64,000 nucleotides of DNA from Betaproteobacteria bacterium (GCA_021732605.1 JAKFUS010000029.1:89300-153299), one strand, 5' to 3'. Counted from the first letter of the stretch, positions 46,088 to 54,733 are shown. Numbers and translations: made by a program. The notes: generated from the letters alone by a model not told the origin.

Positions 46088-46423
46088 CTGGGTGTTCTCC
46101 TCGGGTAGACCGGCGCGGCAGGCACAGGCTCTGGCCATGCGGAATAAGGTAAGCGCTGATGCGGGTCGGCCGATTCTAGCAGTCCTTTTATGCGCCCGTA
46201 GCCGCTTGTCCGTACTGTAAAATATCGCTTTACCAGTCTGTCGAAAAGCGAAGGGCGGGCGCGTTGGGAGCCCCCCAAGGGGACTTCCTTCGGGGCGCGC
46301 AGCGACTGAGCGCACACGCCCCCGGACCTTGATAGAAGCGATACCTGAACCACCAGAGTTTTACGATCACCGTACAGCGGGTGAAATTTCAACAAACTGG
46401 CAGGCGGCTCGAAAAGCAAAGGG

Positions 46424-46927
46424 GTGCAAGTGAAAAAACCGCTGGTCGGCATCGTCATGGGCAGTCAGAGCGACTGGGACGTGATGCAACATGCCGTCAA
46501 TATGCTGGGACAATTCGGCGTGCCCTGTGAAGCCCGCGTGGTTTCCGCGCACCGCACGCCTGATGCCCTGTACGAATACGCGGAACAAGCGGCTCCTCGC
46601 GGCCTGCAGTGCATCATCGCCGGTGCCGGCGGCTCGGCGCACCTGCCGGGCATGCTTGCCGCCAAGACCATCGTGCCTGTCCTCGGTGTGCCGGTGACCA
46701 CGCGCAGTCTGCAGGGACTCGATTCATTGTTGTCCATCGTGCAAATGCCCAAGGGCGTGCCGGTGGGCACCTTCGCCATCGGTGAAGCGGGCGCGGCCAA
46801 CGCCGGTCTGTTCGCGGTGGCGATGCTGGCGCGCAGCGATACGAAGCTCGCCAAAAAACTTGCCGCCTTCCGCAAGCAGCAGACCGCGAAGGTCCGCGCG
46901 ATGAAGCTGCCGCAAAAGAAAAAATGA
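46424..46927 (+). CDS. purE: N5-carboxyaminoimidazole ribonucleotide mutase
   Basis: 167 aa with GSQSDW and SAHRTP motifs. The start is GTG at 46424 or GTG at 46430; the latter has the better AAGGGG spacing. Confidence 0.93.
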   Translation: MQVKKPLVGIVMGSQSDWDVMQHAVNMLGQFGVPCEARVVSAHRTPDALYEYAEQAAPRGLQCIIAGAGGSAHLPGMLAAKTIVPVLGVPVTTRSLQGLDSLLSIVQMPKGVPVGTFAIGEAGAANAGLFAVAMLARSDTKLAKKLAAFRKQQTAKVRAMKLPQKKK

Positions 46928-46966
46928 AGTTCAAAAAGCCTTTGTGGCTGAACCGGCGTTTTTAGA

Positions 46967-48103
46967 ATGATATTTCCAGACGCGATGCTCGGCATGCTGG
47001 GCGGCGGCCAGCTCGGCCGCATGTTCACGCTTGCTGCGCACAGCATGGGCTACCGCGTCACCGTGCTCGATCCGGATCCGCTGAGCCCCGCCGGCGCCAT
47101 CGCCGACGTCCATCTCAAAGCCGCTTACCAGGATCGCGAAGCGCTGCAGCAGTTGGCCGACACCTGCGCCGCCGTGACCACCGAATTCGAAAACGTGCCC
47201 GCCGAAAGCCTGCGCTGGCTGGCCAGCCATTGCGCGGTGCGGCCTGCGGGTGATGCGGTCGCCATCGCGCAGGACCGCATCCGCGAAAAAGCCTTTGTGC
47301 GTTCCTGCGGTATCGAAGTGGCACCCTATGCAGTCATTGAAAACATCTCCGACATCGACAGCGCCGATGCCAAACTCTTCCCCGGCATCTTGAAGCGCGC
47401 ACGCTTTGGTTACGACGGCAAAGGCCAAACCCGCGTCAGCAATGCCGCCGAGGCGCGCAAGGCCTTCAAGGACATGGGTGCTGAATCCTGTGTGCTCGAA
47501 CAACGCATTGCATTGAAATGCGAAATCTCTGCGGTGGTCGCGCGTGGCGCCGACGGCATTGGGCGCGGCTTTCCGGTCGCCGAGAACCGCCACCGCAACG
47601 GCATCCTCGATGTCAGCATCGTGCCGGCACGAGTAGCACCTCAACACGCACAAAATGCAACGGACTGGGCGCTGGCCATCGCCGAAAAACTCGATTACTG
47701 CGGTGTGCTCGCGGTGGAATTTTTTGTCACGGAAACCGGCGAGTTGCTGGTCAATGAAATGGCGCCGCGGCCGCACAACAGTGGCCACTACACCATCGAT
47801 GCCTGCGCTACCTCGCAGTTCGAACAGCAGGTCCGTACATTGTGTGGGCTTACTCTTGGCGATACGCGCTTGCTCGCCCCGGTGGTGATGGTGAATCTGC
47901 TGGGTGAGGCCTGGCAACATGGCCAGCCGCAGTGGGAGCGCGTGTTCGTAGCTCCCGAAGCCAAGCTGCACCTCTACGGCAAACACGAAGCCCGCGACGG
48001 CCGCAAAATGGGTCATTACACGATACTCGGCGCCACCGCCGATGCGGCGCTGCAAAAGGCCTTGATCGTGCGCAGCGCTTTGTATCCTGAATGGAAAGAC
48101 TAG
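46967..48103 (+). CDS. purK: N5-carboxyaminoimidazole ribonucleotide synthase
   Basis: 378 aa. It has the N-terminus [12 protein letters not shown] and the ATP-grasp pattern, and it lies directly after purE. Confidence 0.92.
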   Translation: MIFPDAMLGMLGGGQLGRMFTLAAHSMGYRVTVLDPDPLSPAGAIADVHLKAAYQDREALQQLADTCAAVTTEFENVPAESLRWLASHCAVRPAGDAVAIAQDRIREKAFVRSCGIEVAPYAVIENISDIDSADAKLFPGILKRARFGYDGKGQTRVSNAAEARKAFKDMGAESCVLEQRIALKCEISAVVARGADGIGRGFPVAENRHRNGILDVSIVPARVAPQHAQNATDWALAIAEKLDYCGVLAVEFFVTETGELLVNEMAPRPHNSGHYTIDACATSQFEQQVRTLCGLTLGDTRLLAPVVMVNLLGEAWQHGQPQWERVFVAPEAKLHLYGKHEARDGRKMGHYTILGATADAALQKALIVRSALYPEWKD

Positions 48104-48120
48104 TTTGTAATGAGCTTGAA

Positions 48121-49008
48121 ATGAGCGATAGCCCCCTGTACCAATCCGATCTCAAAAGCCTGCCTTTCCTGCATCGCGGCAAGGTGCGCGATCTGTATGC
48201 CATCGGCGACGACAAACTGCTGGTGGTGCAGAGCGACCGGTTGTCGGCTTTTGATGTGATCCTCGACGATCCGATTCCCGGCAAAGGCCGCGTGCTGACG
48301 GAAGTGTCGTACTTCTGGTTCGACAAACTGAAACACATCGTCCCCAATCACCTGACCGGCATTGATCCGGCCTCGGTGGTGGCGCCGGAAGAACGCGCGC
48401 AGATCGCGGGCCGTGCGATGGTGGTGCACAAGTACAAGCCGTTGATGGTCGAGGCTGTGGTGCGCGGCTACATCATCGGTTCGGGCTGGAGCGATTATCA
48501 GAAAACCGGCGCGATCTGCGGCATCAAACTCCCGGCCGGACTGAAGCAGGCGGAAAAACTGGCGGAGCCGATTTTCACGCCGGCCTCCAAAGCCCCCGCC
48601 GGGCACCACGACGAAAACATCACTTACGACGATGTCGTTGCAACCGTCGGCTCTGCCCATGCCGTGAAAGTGCGTGAGCTGTCGATCAGGCTCTATACCG
48701 AAGCCGCAGCCTTTGCCGCGACGCGCGGCATCATCATCGCCGACACCAAATTCGAATTCGGCAGCGATGCTGCCGGCAACATTGTGCTGATCGACGAAGC
48801 GCTGACCCCCGATTCCTCGCGTTTCTGGCCCGCCGCCGAATACCGCACCGGCATCAGCCCGCCGAGCTTTGACAAACAATTCGTCCGCGACTGGCTGGAA
48901 ACGCAGCCCTGGGGCAAAAAAGCCCCGGCGCCGCGGCTGCCTGCTGATGTGCTGGCAAAAACCGCCGCGAAGTACCGCGAAGCGCAGCGTATGCTCCTTG
49001 GAACATGA
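48121..49008 (+). CDS. purC: Phosphoribosylaminoimidazole-succinocarboxamide synthase
   Basis: I use the internal ATG at 48121 ([28 protein letters not shown]), a long-form SAICAR synthase N-terminus. Confidence 0.9.
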   Translation: MSDSPLYQSDLKSLPFLHRGKVRDLYAIGDDKLLVVQSDRLSAFDVILDDPIPGKGRVLTEVSYFWFDKLKHIVPNHLTGIDPASVVAPEERAQIAGRAMVVHKYKPLMVEAVVRGYIIGSGWSDYQKTGAICGIKLPAGLKQAEKLAEPIFTPASKAPAGHHDENITYDDVVATVGSAHAVKVRELSIRLYTEAAAFAATRGIIIADTKFEFGSDAAGNIVLIDEALTPDSSRFWPAAEYRTGISPPSFDKQFVRDWLETQPWGKKAPAPRLPADVLAKTAAKYREAQRMLLGT

Positions 49009-50183
49009 CCATGAAAAACGATGCCGGCAAACTGTTCAATGAACCGGAAACCAAATCGTCCGTTGACGGCGTGACCACCGGCATCCTGCCCGATCGCGAC
49101 ATCGCCAAGCTGATCGAAGGCGGGCGCATCAGCGCCGAAGGCGGTGTTGATCAGTCGCAGATCCAGCCGGCGAGCCTCGACCTGCGCCTGGGTGCAACGG
49201 CATGGCGCGTGCGCGCGAGTTTCCTGCCGGGCAAGGCCTCGACAGTGCAGGCGAAAATTGACCGCCTGAAAATGCACCAGATTGACTTGACTAAACCCGT
49301 CGTGCTCGAGAAGGGCTGTGTCTATATTGCCGAGCTGATGGAAGAGCTGAAGCTGCCCGCCGACATAGCGGGCTACGCCAACCCGAAAAGCTCCACCGGG
49401 CGGCTGGATATCTTCACGCGGCTGATCACCGACTGCGGCGCCGAATTCGAAGGTGTGGCTGCCGGTTACAAGGGCAAGCTCTACGTGGAAATCATGCCGC
49501 ACACCTTCAGCGTGCTGGCGCAGCAGGGCACACGGCTGAACCAGATCCGTTTTGTCCGCGGCAATCCGCCGCCCTCCGACACCAAGCTCACCGAACTCGA
49601 CCAGGCGTTGCAACTGGTCTATTCCGACAGCGACGGCCCGCTGCCGGCGATCATCAAAAACGGCCTGTGGATTTCGGTCGACCTCGAAGGTGATGCCAGC
49701 AACGGCATCATCGGTTACCGCGCCAAACACCACGCACCATTGATTGATTTATCAAAACTCAATCATTACGACCCGCTGGATTTCTGGGAGCCGATCGCGC
49801 GCAATGCCGAACGCAGCCTGGTGCTGAGCCCGGATGATTTCTACATCCTGGTGTCGCGCGAACGCGTGCGCATCCCCAACAGCCACGCCGCGTCGATGGT
49901 GCCTTACGATCCCTCGGTCGGCGAATTCCGCATCCACTACGCTGGCTTTTTTGATCCCGGTTTCGGTTACGGCGCCAACAACCTCAAGGGCGCTCGCGCG
50001 GTGCTCGAAGTGCGCTCGCACGACGTGCCCTTCATGATCGAACACGGCCAGGACGTCGGCCGCCTGATCTACGAACGCCTGCTCGGCGAACCGGAAAAAA
50101 TCTACGGCGTGAACATAGGCTCGAACTATCAGTCGCAGGGCTTGAAGCTGAGCAAGCAATTCAAACCTTTGGCTCCGATCTAG
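49005..50183 (+). CDS. 2'-deoxycytidine 5'-triphosphate deaminase family protein (long, about 390-aa form)
   Basis: 392 aa. It appears to be duplicated dUTPase-like beta-barrel halves (LDLRLG..., [17 protein letters not shown]). It overlaps the purC stop with ATGA. Confidence 0.72.
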   Translation: MTMKNDAGKLFNEPETKSSVDGVTTGILPDRDIAKLIEGGRISAEGGVDQSQIQPASLDLRLGATAWRVRASFLPGKASTVQAKIDRLKMHQIDLTKPVVLEKGCVYIAELMEELKLPADIAGYANPKSSTGRLDIFTRLITDCGAEFEGVAAGYKGKLYVEIMPHTFSVLAQQGTRLNQIRFVRGNPPPSDTKLTELDQALQLVYSDSDGPLPAIIKNGLWISVDLEGDASNGIIGYRAKHHAPLIDLSKLNHYDPLDFWEPIARNAERSLVLSPDDFYILVSRERVRIPNSHAASMVPYDPSVGEFRIHYAGFFDPGFGYGANNLKGARAVLEVRSHDVPFMIEHGQDVGRLIYERLLGEPEKIYGVNIGSNYQSQGLKLSKQFKPLAPI

Positions 50184-50200
50184 ACTGCTCCAAGATAATT

Positions 50201-50320
50201 TCCCTCCCCTTCAAGGGGAGGGCGAGGGTGGGGATGGGTTACTCACGTGCCATAACCCATCCCTCTGCTCCGCTCCAAGTGTTCCCTTGTCCCAACCTCC
50301 CCCTTGAAGGGGGAGGGGTT
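50201..50320. repeat. REP-like cluster of three GC-rich hairpins
   Basis: Hairpin 1 is CCCTCCCC-ttcaa-GGGGAGGG (50202-50222). Hairpin 2 is GGGATGGGTTA-ctcacgtgcca-TAACCCATCCC (50231-50263). Hairpin 3 is CCTCCCCC-ttgaa-GGGGGAGG (50296-50316). Confidence 0.8.
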
Positions 50321-50333
50321 CCTCGGGGAAATC

Positions 50334-50366
50334 TATAAACCATTGTTTTTATTGATATATTTATCA
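50334..50366 (+). repeat. AT-rich intergenic block, degenerate copy F (ATAAACCATTGTTTTTATTGATATATTTATCAG)
   Basis: About 26 of 32 positions match copy A by eye. It lies 20 nt upstream of the tsaC ATG. Confidence 0.5.
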
Positions 50367-50386
50367 GTTTGCGCCATACTACCGAG

Positions 50387-51364
50387 ATGACGCATTTCGT
50401 CCCACAAGTCGACATCACCCACGCCGTAGCCGTGCTCAAGGCCGGCAAACTCGTCGCATTCCCCACCGAAACCGTCTACGGCCTCGGTGCCGATGCCTCG
50501 AATGCCGATGCCGTGCAGAAGATCTACGCCGCCAAGGGCCGGCCCTCCAGCCATCCGCTGATCGTGCATGTCGCCGACGCGGTGCAGCTCGCCAACTGGG
50601 CACGCGATATTCCGCCGGCCGCGCATGTACTCGCCAAAAAATTCTGGCCCGGCCCGCTGACGCTGGTACTCAAACGCAATCCGCGTGTGCCCGATGCCGT
50701 CACCGGCGGCCAGGACACCGTTGCAATCCGCGTACCGTCACATCCGGTGGCGCAAGCGCTGCTGCGTGAATTCGGCGGTGGTGTTGCTGCCCCTTCAGCG
50801 AATCGTTTTGGCCGCGTATCGGCAACCACAGCCGCGCATGTGCGCGAGGAATTTGGCGACAGCGTTGCCTGCGTACTTGACGGCGGCGCAGCCGATGTCG
50901 GCATCGAATCCACCATCGTCGACTGCTCGCGCGCGACACCAAGCCTGCTACGTCCGGGCTGGATCACGCCACAGCAACTCGAAGCCGCGCTCGGCGCGCC
51001 GCTGGCCGCACCCGATGCCGATGCACCACGCGTTTCCGGCACGCTGGAAAAACATTATTCACCGCAGACCCCGGTGATGCTGATGGAAGGTGACCTGATC
51101 ATCGAACTCGCGCACAGCCTGACACGCCAGGGCAAACGCGTTGCGGTGCTGGCGCGGACTGCGCTGCGGCCCTTACTGGAAGGACTGGTGTGGGTGGCTG
51201 CGCCGGCGGATGTGGCCGGGTATGCGCATGAGCTTTATGCCAATCTGCGTGAACTGGATCAGGCTGGCTGTGATGCGATTCTGGTGGAGCAGCCGCCGGA
51301 GGTGGCGGAATGGTTTGCGATTCGGGATCGGTTGAATCGTGCGGCCGCGGGGTCTGGTGTATGA
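50387..51364 (+). CDS. tsaC: L-threonylcarbamoyladenylate synthase (long Sua5/YwlC-type TsaC)
   Basis: The ATG at 50387 gives MTHFVPQVDITHAVAVLKAGKLVAFPTETVYGLGAD. The track start at 50369 is a TTG. A YrdC domain is followed by a C-terminal Sua5 domain. Confidence 0.88.
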   Translation: MTHFVPQVDITHAVAVLKAGKLVAFPTETVYGLGADASNADAVQKIYAAKGRPSSHPLIVHVADAVQLANWARDIPPAAHVLAKKFWPGPLTLVLKRNPRVPDAVTGGQDTVAIRVPSHPVAQALLREFGGGVAAPSANRFGRVSATTAAHVREEFGDSVACVLDGGAADVGIESTIVDCSRATPSLLRPGWITPQQLEAALGAPLAAPDADAPRVSGTLEKHYSPQTPVMLMEGDLIIELAHSLTRQGKRVAVLARTALRPLLEGLVWVAAPADVAGYAHELYANLRELDQAGCDAILVEQPPEVAEWFAIRDRLNRAAAGSGV

Positions 51365-51552
51365 GCCAATTAACTCGCAAAAGCCGGCGGGTGAAAGTTC
51401 TATTAAATCAGTTTGTTATGGGTGTATTTCTGAGCCAATTGATAGCAGAAACTGGCACTAGAATCGTTGTCATTCCACGTGTACTATACTGAACAAATAG
51501 ACAGTTGTGAGCAGTAACTAACTTTTCGAACCAGCCGCCTGCCGAGGACTAC

Positions 51553-52680
51553 ATGCCTTATGAACTAACGGATGAGCAACGGGATCGATATCGCGAAACC
51601 TCCATACGTTCCCAGTTGAGAAAACGGGAGCTATTACGCAGGCACATTGAGGGGGGAGACACAGATACGGTTGAGTTGGGGCAGCGCTTTGATCCTAATG
51701 ATTTAATGCCGCAGCTTGAATCTAATGGTCTTACATGCCTTTCCCTCTTTTCCGGCGGTGGTGGATTGGATTTGGGCTTCGAGCGTGCTGGCTTCGAGCA
51801 CGGATCTGCTTTTGAAATTCTTGATATTTGCGGCAAAACCCTTCAAGCCAATCGTCCGGAGTGGGATGTCAGGTATGGCGCCGCTGGTGATGTTTGCATT
51901 GCTCCGTTTACGCCATTTCGTGGAGTAGACATAGTCCACGGCGGCCCACCATGTCAGCCATTCTCTACAGCGGGTAAACAGGCTGGCGCCAATGACGCTC
52001 GCAACATGTGGCCAGACTTTGTACGCTGCATTCAGCAAACACGGCCGCGCGCTTTTATCGCAGAAAATGTGCCTGGCATACTGGATCGTAAGTTCGCCAC
52101 TGTTGTGAACAAAAATATCCTCGCCCCGTTATCAGAGAATTACATTATTTTTAAATTTAAGTTGGCGGCACACGACTTTGGCGTGCCACAGGCTCGGCGC
52201 AGAGTGTTTTTTGTCGGGTTCCGTGCGGCGCGAGATGCAGCACGTTGGGTTGCGCCGCTTCCAACACACGGTGACGTAGGCGACTTACTTGGCCCCATAT
52301 TTTCTCGAAATACTACGCGCAGAAGCCTTGGCCTCCCAGATCAAGGTTTCGATGTGGTAGCTCCTACGCTTCGATCCGGATTTACCGGGCCTCGCAATAC
52401 AACCGGCGTAGTCAATAGCAAGGCATCACTTAAGATCTGGAATGAACTTCACATTTGGCCCAATGGTGTCCAGCCGACCCGTGCTTTGGCTGCAGCGTAC
52501 AAACCAGAAAATGGGGACTTTCGACTGTCTGTGGATGATTGCGCTTTGCTCCAAGGATTTCCTTCAGATTGGCGTTTCTGTGGAGCTGTTTATCAAGCAC
52601 TTGGGCAGATCGGAAATAGTGTTTGTCCGCCAGTGGCATATGTTGTTGCCCGGCAGGTGGCGCGAGCTCTTAGGGGATAG
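51553..52680 (+). CDS. DNA (cytosine-5)-methyltransferase
   Basis: 375 aa. m5C motifs present are I FSGGGGLDLGF, IV GGPPCQPFS, VI ENV, VIII QARRRVFFVGF and X GQIGNSV. About 60 charged residues precede motif I. Composition is AT-richer than the flanks. Confidence 0.93.
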   Translation: MPYELTDEQRDRYRETSIRSQLRKRELLRRHIEGGDTDTVELGQRFDPNDLMPQLESNGLTCLSLFSGGGGLDLGFERAGFEHGSAFEILDICGKTLQANRPEWDVRYGAAGDVCIAPFTPFRGVDIVHGGPPCQPFSTAGKQAGANDARNMWPDFVRCIQQTRPRAFIAENVPGILDRKFATVVNKNILAPLSENYIIFKFKLAAHDFGVPQARRRVFFVGFRAARDAARWVAPLPTHGDVGDLLGPIFSRNTTRRSLGLPDQGFDVVAPTLRSGFTGPRNTTGVVNSKASLKIWNELHIWPNGVQPTRALAAAYKPENGDFRLSVDDCALLQGFPSDWRFCGAVYQALGQIGNSVCPPVAYVVARQVARALRG

Positions 52681-52684
52681 GTGT

Positions 52685-53437
52685 ATGACGGTTCAGGATG
52701 ACGAACGTGAGCGCGAGCTTGTTCGGATGTTTAACCTGCATTGGGATTCTTCCCATCAGCGGGGAGGCGTTGACGCCAATCTGAATATTGAAGTGGATGG
52801 GCGGCCTTACCTTTTGGAAGTCGAGGTCAAGTCGTCTACAAAAGATTCTGTTTCTACTGCCCGAGACGTTGGCATGGAACACATTCAGAAGTGGCGAAGA
52901 AAACTCTTCGTTATTGGTTTTTATTCAAGAGAGAGAGGGCGGCCGGAGCTTAAGCGTTGCTTGTGCCTTACGCCGATTGATATGGAGCCCTGGATAAGTC
53001 AGATCGAAACCAAAATCAGTTTGGATTTTGCTTTGGCGGCCACTGCTTCTCGAAAACTTGAACTGAACGACCTCTATAAAATTTGCGGGGAAAAAACCAT
53101 GTACTCATTGGGGGATGCAAAGCGCCTCCACAAACAGCAGTGGTCCGCGAAACAATATAAAGACGAACTGGATATGAAAGAGGGCCGCATAAGCGGCTAC
53201 TCACAGATCAAGATGCTTGAAATTTTAAGACTTCGGTCTAAATACATCTCTGAGCGAGGTGCGACCTTAAACAATCCACATATAACAAAGACTCACTTAG
53301 CGAAATTTTCTGGTACGTCTAGTGAAGTTGACATGACAAATTGTGCCGCGTCGATACGTGAGATTGCCGTTTTTTTTGTAAAAAACAATCCTAATCATAT
53401 TGCTGTACCTACTCTTCCGGCTAAATCCGAAACTTGA
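52685..53437 (+). CDS. Putative type II restriction endonuclease partner (PD-(D/E)xK-like); family not recognised
   Basis: 250 aa from the ATG at 52685, which is 4 nt after the methyltransferase stop and has an AGGGGA Shine-Dalgarno. A candidate nuclease core reads GGVDANLNIEVDGRPYLLEVEVKSS (D...ExK). It has the same AT-rich composition as the methyltransferase. The track ORF start at 52442 lies inside the methyltransferase gene. Confidence 0.6.
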   Translation: MTVQDDERERELVRMFNLHWDSSHQRGGVDANLNIEVDGRPYLLEVEVKSSTKDSVSTARDVGMEHIQKWRRKLFVIGFYSRERGRPELKRCLCLTPIDMEPWISQIETKISLDFALAATASRKLELNDLYKICGEKTMYSLGDAKRLHKQQWSAKQYKDELDMKEGRISGYSQIKMLEILRLRSKYISERGATLNNPHITKTHLAKFSGTSSEVDMTNCAASIREIAVFFVKNNPNHIAVPTLPAKSET

Positions 53438-53566
53438 GTTGAGAAGAGTGATGCTGAATTTATATATAGGATCGACCGTGTTGCACCAAGCCCGAATTAG
53501 AAAACCCTAGTTCTCTGGATGGCCGATGCAAATTAAAGAGGCCAGGCTCGCTGCCTTGACGTGCAG

Positions 53567-54268
53567 CTACTGCGTTTTCGCAAACCGAAACTGAAAACTC
53601 TCCCCCAGTTCCCGCTGCCAGATTGCCCGATCCTGTGTGATCGTCAGAAACCAGCTCTCCGGATTGCCGACCGGGCCGCTTAACGGTTTTGGTGCCAGCA
53701 CTGCAACTGCGCCGCCGTGTTCCGGATCGCGCACGGATTCATACACAATCGCTTCGACGTCCTGTTCCCTTGCCTTGCGCGCCAGCGCCTGGGTTTCCGC
53801 ATAGCTGTCGGGATTGGTCCATGCCTTGCGCTGGCGGGATAAGGGCGGTTTCCGCAGGTCGATGGCAGCCGCAGTCTTCACGTCCGCGGCAAACAGGCTC
53901 ATCGGTTTGGCTTCGAGCAGCGACAGGCCTTCACTGTCCTGCACAAAACGCCATCGCCAGTAGCCGATTTCCGCGCATGCCGTTCGCGGCTCAAAGGCGC
54001 CATAGAACACGCCCGGATCGTCGGGCGCGCGAAAGCGGCTGCCGGGCGGGCGCGGGGTATAACGAAACGGCGTGAAGATCAGCCAGTGTTTGTCGCGGGC
54101 CTCCGCCGGCACCGGCGGTTTGGCCTCTTCGAGAATTTTTTCGAGGATATTCTGGTCATCAAGGTTGTGGTCCACCAGGCGCATCGTGGCAACCTTGTGC
54201 TGTGCCTCCACCGCACGCCAGATTTTGGCGCGCAGCCTTTGCGTGCTAAATGCGCGCGCGGGCGGCAT
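53567..54268 (-). CDS. RES-domain toxin (NAD+-degrading RES family)
   Basis: 233 aa. The R-E-S signature regions are PGSRFRAPDDPGVFYGAFEPRTACAEIGYW and AIVYESVRDPEHGGAVAVLAP. It lies immediately downstream of an Xre/DUF2384-type gene. Confidence 0.85.
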   Translation of the reverse strand: MPPARAFSTQRLRAKIWRAVEAQHKVATMRLVDHNLDDQNILEKILEEAKPPVPAEARDKHWLIFTPFRYTPRPPGSRFRAPDDPGVFYGAFEPRTACAEIGYWRWRFVQDSEGLSLLEAKPMSLFAADVKTAAAIDLRKPPLSRQRKAWTNPDSYAETQALARKAREQDVEAIVYESVRDPEHGGAVAVLAPKPLSGPVGNPESWFLTITQDRAIWQRELGESFQFRFAKTQ

Positions 54269-54635
54269 CGAGGTAATCGACGACGCGCACCAGACCCGCA
54301 GCAGAGGCGATCAAGGCGACGGGTTTTTCGCCACCGAGCCCGCGGTTGCGGCTGTTGAGCCACGCCCGGGCCTCATCAAAACTGTTGACGGTGATTGAAT
54401 CCAGGGCGCGATACAGGAGCACGAACAATGCCGCCAGTTCCCATTCCTTGCGTTTTTCATCGAGCAGGTAGGTGCCCTGGCGCATGCGGCTGACCTGCGC
54501 CGTGCTGACACCCAGCAGTTTGGCGAGGACGGCCTGCTGGATTTCCAGCAGATCGGCCGCTTTCAGCGTTGCACCGGTCAGTACGCGCCGGCGATCGGTG
54601 TCGGCAATGGTTTCTGCTGCAGGGGCGGTGGTCAT
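54246..54635 (-). CDS. Xre/MbcA/ParS-type antitoxin (HTH plus DUF2384-like toxin-binding domain)
   Basis: 129 aa. The HTH region is LEIQQAVLAKLLGVSTAQVSRMRQG. The C-terminus ARAWLNSRNRGLGGEKPVALI is typical of DUF2384. A GGAGG Shine-Dalgarno is present. It overlaps the RES ORF by 23 nt. Confidence 0.85.
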   Translation of the reverse strand: MTTAPAAETIADTDRRRVLTGATLKAADLLEIQQAVLAKLLGVSTAQVSRMRQGTYLLDEKRKEWELAALFVLLYRALDSITVNSFDEARAWLNSRNRGLGGEKPVALIASAAGLVRVVDYLDAARARI

Positions 54636-54650
54636 GAAGCCTCCGATCCG

Positions 54651-54698
54651 GAATTTCTATTGAAATTAGTGTATTACTAAATTCATACTGAAATCAAG
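54651..54698 (-). promoter_or_regulatory. Nested palindromes plus a candidate promoter upstream of the antitoxin
   Basis: AATTTC-tatt-GAAATT lies at 54652-54667. GAAATTAGT-gtatt-ACTAAATTC lies at 54662-54684, with 8 of 9 bp arms matching. On the minus strand, TTGATT (54697-54692) is followed by an 18-nt spacer and TACACT. Confidence 0.4.
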
Positions 54699-54733
54699 GG
54701 ACCGGTGTTGTCATGGAGCCAGGAAGATACATT

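Noticed and set aside
46088-46423. ZTP (pfl) or purine riboswitch upstream of purE
   Set aside because: I could not find the conserved pfl pseudoknot element (CCGCCUGGGC-like) or a purine-riboswitch three-way-junction consensus by eye. It is left as an unexplained gap rather than called.
46931-48055. 374-aa minus-strand ORF
   Set aside because: Antisense shadow of purK.
48693-49733. 346-aa minus-strand ORF
   Set aside because: Antisense shadow across purC and the dCTP-deaminase-family gene.
51447-51464. TGGCAC-N5-TCGT resembling a sigma-54 -24/-12 promoter upstream of the methyltransferase
   Set aside because: The -12 element does not match TTGC, and no enhancer-binding protein is present in this context.
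51310-51492. 60-aa ORF overlapping the tsaC stop, a possible C-protein for the RM pair
   Set aside because: It has no HTH-like segment and no Shine-Dalgarno, and half of it overlaps tsaC. It lies in AT-rich non-coding-looking sequence.
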